64,000 nt of DNA from a virus: positions 1-64,000 of IMG/VR virus record IMGVR_UViG_3300031227_000038; one strand, given 5' to 3'. Below the pieces are notes generated by a model. That model made no database searches, was not told the origin of the DNA, and was given only the letters and a program-made list of their open reading frames with translations. The position numbers were made by a program, and so were the translations under genes. Positions 56,844-64,000 of this stretch are shown here, piece by piece. Numbering within the stretch: position 1 is the first letter of the stretch; each line of letters opens with the position of its first letter.

Positions 56844-57454
56844 ATTTAATTCTATAACATTTCCTATTGTTTCTACTAATCTCTTCTGTTATAGCCATTT
56901 TGAAATATACTTATACCATTCCAGTAATAGCTTGCTTCTTGTATACTATCGCCTCATCACTTGTCAATGTCAGTTTATTATAAGAACTGTTTGTATTTTG
57001 TATTTTTATTTTCATCTTATTATCCCTCCAAAAGTGACATTAAGATCTTAAGCTTTGCATCATCATAAGGAGGTTTAATTATATGTATTGTTAACATATA
57101 ATCTTCAATAATAGCTTGAAATTTTAATTTCATCTCCCCATATGATCCTATCTCCATATAATCCATAAGAATACGAAAGCTCTCTCCACCTTTAATTATT
57201 TCTAAAGTACCGTCTTGATATTCTTTTGCATATAATGGTGGTAAAGGAATATCACATATAATAGCATCCGCTATATTCGAAGATATTTTAGATTTATCAT
57301 TAAATGACGTAGATATGTATCCATTCTTATAGTCATTCCTTAACTTATAAACTGTCGATTTTTGTGTTCCGAATTTCATTTTCATAACCTCCAAGTTATT
57401 AATTTTTAAATCTTACATATATAATATAAGGTAATTATAAAAAATAGTAACTTT

Positions 57455-57508
57455 ATTAAATAATTAAAAAGAAAAAGAGAACTCTATCCAGCTTTGACAG
57501 ATCGCGTA
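57455..57508 (-). terminator. Rho-independent terminator downstream of tRNA-Phe
   Basis: Stem GAGAAC...GTTCTC, followed on the minus strand by TTTTTCTTTTT. Confidence 0.5.
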
Positions 57509-57618
57509 ACCTGTTCTCACGGTATGCTTAACTATTCATTGTTCGGTTTGAATAAACTAAACAGCTGGCGTAACCTTTCACACCTCTATAAACGATGTTC
57601 TCTTTTCTTTTTAAATTT

Positions 57619-57694
57619 TGGTGGGAAGTACAGGAATCGAACCTATCCCTTAAGAGCTTCAATCTTACGTGCTTACCTTCTACACCTACTTCCC
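57619..57694 (-). tRNA. tRNA-Phe(GAA)
   Basis: Anticodon arm TAAGA-TTGAAGC-TCTTA. Confidence 0.8.
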
Positions 57695-57854
57695 ATTTTC
57701 ATAATTTAGGCGAGAGGTGGAGGGTTCGTCCCTCTCTAAATCACATTAGAATGTGTCAACCCACGCTAATATAACAGAATTTCCATGACCGTCTAAAAGC
57801 TCAACTATGCATAATTAAGCAATCACTAATCGTTTATCTACCTCTCATAATTTT

Positions 57855-57929
57855 TGGAGCGGATAGAGAATTTCGAAATCTCGACACCCAGGTTGGAAAC
57901 CTGGTGCTCTGCCTCTGAGCTATATCCGC
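57855..57929 (-). tRNA. tRNA-Gly(TCC)
   Basis: Anticodon arm CCAGG-TTTCCAA-CCTGG. Confidence 0.75.
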
Positions 57930-58705
57930 TAATTTTTAAAAATAATAGTAAAGCATTATCTGTTGTTTTCTATCCTCATCTGTTGTGACCCAGACCAGAT
58001 AATTGCACCGGAGAAGCAATATAAAAAACTATCCATCGCAATGATAGAAACATAATTTACATTTATAGCTAATTTTCATAGCTACTGATTATAGACGACC
58101 TACTAGCAATCAAAGGGTATAATTTATTCACATTCAATCCTCGTTTTTTGACTTTCGCGTCGCCTGCTTTACTATATTTTCTCTTCATACATATATCTAT
58201 ATGCTGTTAATTTATAATTTTTATCTCTACAACTTCTTTTAGCTTTATATCAATGAGAATATTTTCCGTTTAACCAAAGACCAATTTTACTTCTATGGCC
58301 ATTTGCCAAAAGTTGAGTTTTACCACTACATGTACCAAAGTACTCAAATTCCTTAAAAACTTTCATATTTCTTTTATATGACACGTTTCCAATTCCACTC
58401 TACTATACTATGGTAACCTCTAACTCTACGAATAAATCTCTTTATTAAAAATTCAAATTTACTCATTGGTTTAACACTTTTGAACTTATATGATATTGGA
58501 TCAATATTACAATTCTTAATGATTGGAAGTTCTATTCCTGTAAATTCTTTCATGTTCTTTTTATATGACATTTGTTGTTTTCCTCAAATTTAAAAAATGA
58601 AAAAACGATTTAGTGCTGATACCGGATTCGAACCAGCAATCGTGGTTTGCCCATGCATTTGCCATTTATGCTACAATTCCTACTGCCTACTTTTTAAATA
58701 ATCTT

Positions 58706-58779
58706 TGGTCCGCCTGGAAGGAATCGAACCTTCTTCGACCGGTTAAAAGCCGGCTACTAAGCCAGTTAGTTACAGGCGG
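58706..58779 (-). tRNA. tRNA-Lys(TTT)
   Basis: Anticodon arm GCCGG-CTTTTAA-CCGGT. Confidence 0.75.
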
Positions 58780-59432
58780 AAATATTTTTTTATTCAGTCA
58801 TTTTTAAAGTTATTAATGGCAATTTTTCATCATAAAATATTAGCCAGCTTATTACAATATTTCTTTTTTGCATTTTCTTCGTTATCAAAATACTATTATA
58901 CTCTTTTATCTCAGTGCGTAAATCACGAATAAACAATGCCATATTTTCTTGATAGCCTTGATATTTGAAATCAGTAATTACTGTTCCAACATCTAATTCT
59001 GCCTTATTACCATACATCGTTACAGCACTTCGATATTGCTCAATTGTACCATCATATGTTACATGCATGGTAACATTAGAACTCCAAGAATTCCCGAGAA
59101 TACAACAGATAACTACACCAAAAAGACAAATAAACATTAAACATGTTCCACCAAGATTTGGTCCATTTTCTCCAAGGTTTATTTCTTTAAACAATGTAAT
59201 AAGCATTAACACAAGTAAAACTATAACTATTCCTATTAAAATCATTTCACGCTCCTTTTTTTTTTAAAAGATTATAATTTTTTAAAAGACAGATGTCGGA
59301 TTTGCACCGATTGGATATGGCAAGAGAGCGACTCTTGTGTTCCCTTAACTCCTCTTTTACGTTGAGGCAGCTAGTTGGCATATATTCTGTATTTCTGCAA
59401 TCTACTGTCCCTTAAAAGATTATAATTTATTT

Positions 59433-59508
59433 TGGTACCCCTACCCGGAATTGAACCGAGGCTATCTGAGCGAAAGTCAGATGTCCTAAACCACTAGACT
59501 ATAGGGGC
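59433..59508 (-). tRNA. tRNA-Glu(TTC)
   Basis: Anticodon arm TCTGA-CTTTCGC-TCAGA. Confidence 0.8.
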
Positions 59509-59910
59509 ACATATATTCTCTTCTTTAAAAAACTAAAGGTCTGTAATCTGGATTTACGATCTAACAGCTTCAACGCTATCCACTTTTCAGCTCCACCGTC
59601 TTACTACCTCTTCTTTTGCTCGGGCATTTCAAAGGCTCATATTCTAGGAATGAATATGCTTTCACGTTGACCTTTACAAACTAACAAGAGAAGAAACAGA
59701 CCTTTATAATTTAAATTTTAACAATCATCTATATTCAATTGCATTAGCTCCAGCTCCAGTTCATAGTTTGATATCCCTCGGTATATCCACCAGTATACAT
59801 TTCAACCAAGATTGCTCTTACTTTTTTCTCATCGCCTTCAAAATCACCATTAGTCTCAGCGACTATTGTCATTATCTCTTCTAATTTCTCTTCTATTAAT
59901 TCATTCATAA

Positions 59911-60171
59911 TTATACCTCATTCATTTGAGTTGTTGCTACTGCTTCATCATAACCTTCTTCAAATCCTTCAACATGACCTTCATCAAATCCTTTAACATG
60001 ACCTTCATCAAATCCTTTAACATGACCTTCAGAAATCCCAGTCATTGTCATTTCAGTTGTTAATGAGAGTATACTTAATCTTCTACTTTCAGGCATTTCA
60101 GTATTCCAAAGTAAACTCTTTAGTCTTTCAATTTGCTCGTCTCTTATCTTCTCATAATTTACTGCTTCCAT
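59911..60171 (-). CDS. small acidic protein with 3 tandem GFDEGHVK repeats
   Basis: 24-nt tandem repeat within the ORF. Confidence 0.45.
   Translation of the reverse strand: MEAVNYEKIRDEQIERLKSLLWNTEMPESRRLSILSLTTEMTMTGISEGHVKGFDEGHVKGFDEGHVEGFEEGYDEAVATTQMNEV
59971..60042. repeat. 24-nt tandem repeat x3 (encodes GFDEGHVK)
   Basis: AACATGACCTTCATCAAATCCTTT repeated. Confidence 0.85.
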
Positions 60172-60338
60172 TTTCATAACCTCCAAGTTATTTTTTTTAA
60201 ATTCCTAATTACATATATAATATAATAGAAAAGTAAAAAATAGTAACAAATTTATATAAATTTTAAACTTATTTTTCTTTTTTATACATATTTATTATTA
60301 ATAGAATAATAAAAAACAAACTAAAGGAAGTAATTAAA

Positions 60339-61187
60339 ATGATAACACTTATTGATAGCATGATATATCTAACAACACAAAAATATAATACAAGTAAATT
60401 TAAATCTCTACTAGAAAATATATCGAAACAAAAAACTGATAAACGTCTACTAACAAGAGAAGATATTAGAAACGTAGAGTCTTCATCTCCTATTCATTAC
60501 TATATTAAGAGATATGAACCTATTGATGATCCTGATGAAGAAAAAGAACTAGTACTTAGATATCAAAAGAAAAAAGATCCTCGTGCATTCGATAGATTAA
60601 TTAGAGCACAATCAAAATATATGCTGAAACTAATAATGAATAACAAAAGTAGACTTGAAAAAATTGATAAGAATATTTCTACAGAAGAAGTATTCAATGT
60701 TATGATTATTAATTTTGCTAAAGCAATTAATAAATTTAATGCAAATAAAAATGTAAGATTCTATACATATCTAAGACATTGACTTAATGAAGTAATTACT
60801 AATCCTAGCAGATTCTTAACAAAATCAGCTCATGAAATGGATAAAAAAAGTAGCTCTATGGATATCAAACTAGGAACTGGATCTAATGGAAAAAGTATTA
60901 GTGATTTAATAGCAGATCCAAATGCTACTAATATGTATTCAGATAGAGAAAAGGAAAAATTTATGAGTTCTTTCATGAAAAGAGGAATGAGAGCTCTTAA
61001 TAGTAAAGAGCAGTTTGTTATAAAGGCTTTTTATGGGCTACTTGATTCTCGAGAAGAAGATAAAGTTAAAAGCTCTAAAGGCAAAGTAACCAATGCTGCA
61101 GTGGCGAAATATCTTGGTATTACTGACCCTGGAGTATTAGCTATTCATCGAAGAGCACTTAGTAAATTAAAATCAGCATTAAGTTAA
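60339..61187 (+). CDS. sigma-70 family sigma factor
   Basis: ORFs 60339..60782 and 60837..61187 share a frame and are joined by TGA at 60780-60782. Region 2-like FDRLIRAQSKYMLKLI and a region 4 HTH VAKYLGITDPGVLAIHRRALSKLK are present. Confidence 0.65.
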
Positions 61188-61194
61188 AAATCTG

Positions 61195-61927
61195 ATGAAA
61201 TTAGCAAAAATAATTACAGAGTCTGTTTTTAAAGTAGATCTAAAATTTATTGAAGAATATCTTAATGGCGTTTATAAAATATTCAACAGCTTTGATAACA
61301 GCAAAGAAAAAGACAATTCACCAAAAATAGTAAATCTACTAAATAAAAAAGCAATAACATTAGCTAAAAAAACCGAGTTATTTGATGAGATGGTTTGAGT
61401 ACTTACAAAAGAAAAATCATATGAAACAAGAGATAAGAAAGTCGGCATCGTTAACACCACTGGTAGTAATGAGGGTGATGTAACAATATATGTTAATGAT
61501 AAGATAATACTTCCATTTACAAAAGGTGATAAATTATGGAAATTGTTCGTTTCAATAATTAAAGGATACTTATCGCATGAGCTTGTTCATATCTATCAAT
61601 TTGATAAGATATATGCAAAGAATAAAGATAATCCAAAAAAATATTGAAAAATCGTTAATAAAATAGCTGAAGTCGATCCTGAGCAAGTTGTTAAATATCT
61701 TTCTGCTCCAATGGAGATTATGGCATTTGCTAGTCAAGCATATAGTGAATTTAAAGAAAATGGATTTAGTGATGATGATATAAAACGCTATATTAAAGAA
61801 TGAAGGAAATATCTTAATCCTAAACACTCTTATGTATTTTTTTCATATGTAGGATGAATGAGAGACCACAAAGCATTTAAAAAATTCTTAAAAAACATCT
61901 ATGAATATACAGTAGATAATAATATAT
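61195..61927 (+). CDS. HExxH zinc metallopeptidase-like protein
   Basis: SHELVHIYQ. Extends past the listed 67-aa ORF through four TGA codons. Confidence 0.45.
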
Positions 61928-62750
61928 AAAAAAATAAGCCTTCAATTAGTAAGAATTAACAATACATTGGAGGCTTTTTATTTTTCAAATATTAATAAAA
62001 AAATTAATCAAGTAATATCTTTCTTTTAGCATTACCTTTATTTTTTATATCACCACCTTTGTTTTCTTGATTTATCGCTTGATATTTTCTGCCGCAATTT
62101 GAACAAAACTTATCCTTCAACACTCTTAATGTACCACATTCTGGACAATACTTTTCTAACATTTCTTCCTCATTAATAGTTTCGAGAAAATAGAGTACAA
62201 CATTACTGGAACACGTGGGTTTTTCTCAACCTTGAGTGTTGGCTACTATTGATATATTACTACTGTCATCTCTATTCATTTTCTTTCTTTTTATCCTACT
62301 TGTTTCTTAACTTCACTAAGTTGCATATCACTTACTATAAACGATCACATCTCACATCTATCTGGGTAATATTTTAATGATTTATAATAATAACTATATG
62401 GTTTGCCTAAAAAAGTTTGAACTTTTTTAAGATTTCTTTTTCCAAGAATAGTTACTAGGTGTTCGTTTTTCTGTATCTTTTGTACTACTCATTTCTTTTC
62501 TATTGTTGGTAACATATTTTTCCTTTTTACTCAATATCTAATATTGGCGAATTTGTTGCAGGATCTTTATAACACGATCTGATTTCAAAATAATCATCAT
62601 CATGTTTGGAAGGTCTTAAATCGCCATGACTTATCTTATAGCATGCTCCAGGACTTAACTCAATATATATAAGATCTTCATTATTATATTGCTCTAATAT
62701 TAATTTTAATTCTTTAACCTTCATTCTAATATCTCTTCTTCTGTTCCACT

Positions 62751-63953
62751 TTACATTTCCTCAGTTATTTTTTCAAAACTATCAGCAAATTCCTTATCAT
62801 CTCTAACTTCAATAAAGCGAGGAAGGAATAGGCTATGTTCACCGGCTGCATTTTCAATGACTTCATTATACTTAACAGTAATTATTTTTCCAACGATATT
62901 CTCTTTATCCATCTTATGTGATACTCTTTTTGTTTCCATCGTATCTGTATCAACTATAGTAAAACCTCTATCATGATATGAAAATCCGGTTCCAACACTT
63001 ACTTTAAGCTTTCCTCTTGCTGATTCACAAACTAAAGCACCCATATAATCCTTCATTATTCCAGTACCTTCTTGCCAGTCTACAACAATTAAATCTGCTT
63101 CATGTTCTGCTTTGATCTTTATTTGATCTCTTGTTCGCTTACCTTTATAAGGAGCATCTATATTTTTCAATATTGCACCTTCAAAACCTTCTGAAATGTA
63201 TTCTTCAGCTATTCTTTTTACATGAACAAGTGTAAATACTACTTGAGATGGAATTATTTTTAAATTTTTATGCTTCGTTTTGTCTACTTCCATTTGTTCA
63301 AAAGCATTACTTAGATGATTAAATCTCTCACCGTAAGTTGAATCTCCTTTATGATCTTCAAACTCCTCTTTTGAAATAACATCCCAGATCAAAAAACGAA
63401 CTTTAGCAAGATTTTCAGCACTAATTTCTTTTCTATTCAAAATACCATTCGAGATTTTCCTATCAAATGGATCTCCATGACTATCTTCCATGATAGCTTC
63501 ACAATCAAAAACAAAACTTTCACAAGAGTTTTGAACTCTAATCATACATGAGAGAATTGAAAACTGAGCAGCTATTTCTGGTTTTTCAAGTTTACCATCT
63601 CTCTTGCCAGAGCGTGTATAAATTTCAAAATTATCGTTTGAGACGTCGTAAAATACTATTGTTCTTCGACCATCACCTTTGAGTTGACAAATTGCCGGGA
63701 ATTGAATATGTTTGATTTCTTTTTCACCTGAAGCTAATGCAACTTTAAACTCTGGAATTAGCTTCTTCCAAACTTTATTTACTGTTGAAGCACTAAATCC
63801 AGCTCTCAAATCTTTAGTAAGAATTAACAAGAATATCTTTTTGATATCATCATTTAAAAACGAATAAACATCTGCAGCTTCATTTAATGCTGAATGACCA
63901 GTAATTTTTCTTGCTCTTAACTTATCAAGAAAATCGAACATATCTTGATACAT
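62751..63953 (-). CDS. lig: ATP-dependent DNA ligase
   Basis: Motif I CQLKGDGRR (KxDGxR), motif III FVFDCEA, motif IV EGAILK, motif V KIKAEH. Confidence 0.7.
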   Translation of the reverse strand: MYQDMFDFLDKLRARKITGHSALNEAADVYSFLNDDIKKIFLLILTKDLRAGFSASTVNKVWKKLIPEFKVALASGEKEIKHIQFPAICQLKGDGRRTIVFYDVSNDNFEIYTRSGKRDGKLEKPEIAAQFSILSCMIRVQNSCESFVFDCEAIMEDSHGDPFDRKISNGILNRKEISAENLAKVRFLIWDVISKEEFEDHKGDSTYGERFNHLSNAFEQMEVDKTKHKNLKIIPSQVVFTLVHVKRIAEEYISEGFEGAILKNIDAPYKGKRTRDQIKIKAEHEADLIVVDWQEGTGIMKDYMGALVCESARGKLKVSVGTGFSYHDRGFTIVDTDTMETKRVSHKMDKENIVGKIITVKYNEVIENAAGEHSLFLPRFIEVRDDKEFADSFEKITEEM

Positions 63954-64000
63954 ATCATAAGTTGTTCTAATATGGTAATCTGTGTTTTCAACTGCACGCT

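Noticed and set aside
42602-59267. Plus-strand ORFs overlapping tRNA genes (42602-42784, 57494-57709, 58613-58807, 58965-59267)
   Set aside because: They overlap hand-folded tRNAs or minus-strand genes and are spurious.
2149-60186. N-terminal MEVIKM, MEVMKM or LEVIKM extensions on many minus-strand ORFs (2149-2484, 10577-12064, 18762-19058, 29926-30288, 36433-36729, 57020-57394, 59911-60186)
   Set aside because: They come from a TTG inside the conserved RBS ACTTGGAGGTTATTAAG. The real start is the ATG 8 nt after GGAGG.
1-64000. CRISPR arrays, integrase/att sites, IS elements
   Set aside because: No spacer-repeat arrays, no tyrosine or serine recombinase motifs and no terminal inverted repeats were seen. 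The only mobile-type genes are the two GIY-YIG homing endonucleases.

Overview
This AT-rich window reads as a large phage or jumbo-phage-like element, and less likely a megaplasmid. It uses genetic code 4, TGA = Trp. In-frame TGA codons sit inside conserved domains of FolE2, dUTPase, ThyX, DnaE, a sigma factor and two GIY-YIG endonucleases, while TAA and TAG are real stops (tandem TAG-TAG at 22493-22498). Almost all genes are on the minus strand. About 19 of them carry the same promoter/5'UTR/RBS cassette: core AAAAAATAGTAAC on the plus strand, then a TATATAATATAA-like box, then CCTCCAAGTTAT, which on the sense strand is AACTTGGAGGTTATTAAG-ATG. The many MEVIKM N-termini in the ORF track are artefacts of a TTG inside this RBS.

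Five things stand out:
1. A 7-deazaguanine (preQ0) DNA-modification cluster: FolE2, QueD, QueE, QueC, a DpdA-like TGT homolog and uncharacterised neighbours.
2. A nucleotide and NAD+ module: ThyX, dUTPase, PncA, PncB, NadE, a HAD nucleotidase and a macro domain protein.
3. A dense translation and RNA-repair toolkit: about 25 tRNA genes, a tmRNA, a CCA-adding enzyme, RtcB ligase, a Pth2-like peptidyl-tRNA hydrolase, an RNA-ligase-like protein and an RlmN/Cfr-like radical SAM enzyme.
4. Unusual tRNAs: a CUA-anticodon (amber suppressor) tRNA, and three tRNA-Leu genes with a class-II D-arm but only a 5-nt variable arm.
5. A repeat-rich non-coding block at 50.7-51.4 kb with seven copies of a TTTTCAAAGGAACT motif and at least two tRNA-like units whose 3' half precedes the 5' half. 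Their acceptor strands covary, so they look like circularly permuted or split tRNA genes.

The window also holds DnaE (partial), ATP-dependent DNA ligase, an AEP-primase-like protein, an SPFH protein, a VWA protein, a sigma-70-family sigma factor next to an HExxH protein on the plus strand, and two GIY-YIG homing endonucleases. Nothing was run through BLAST or HMM searches. Every protein call rests on motifs I read in the sequence.
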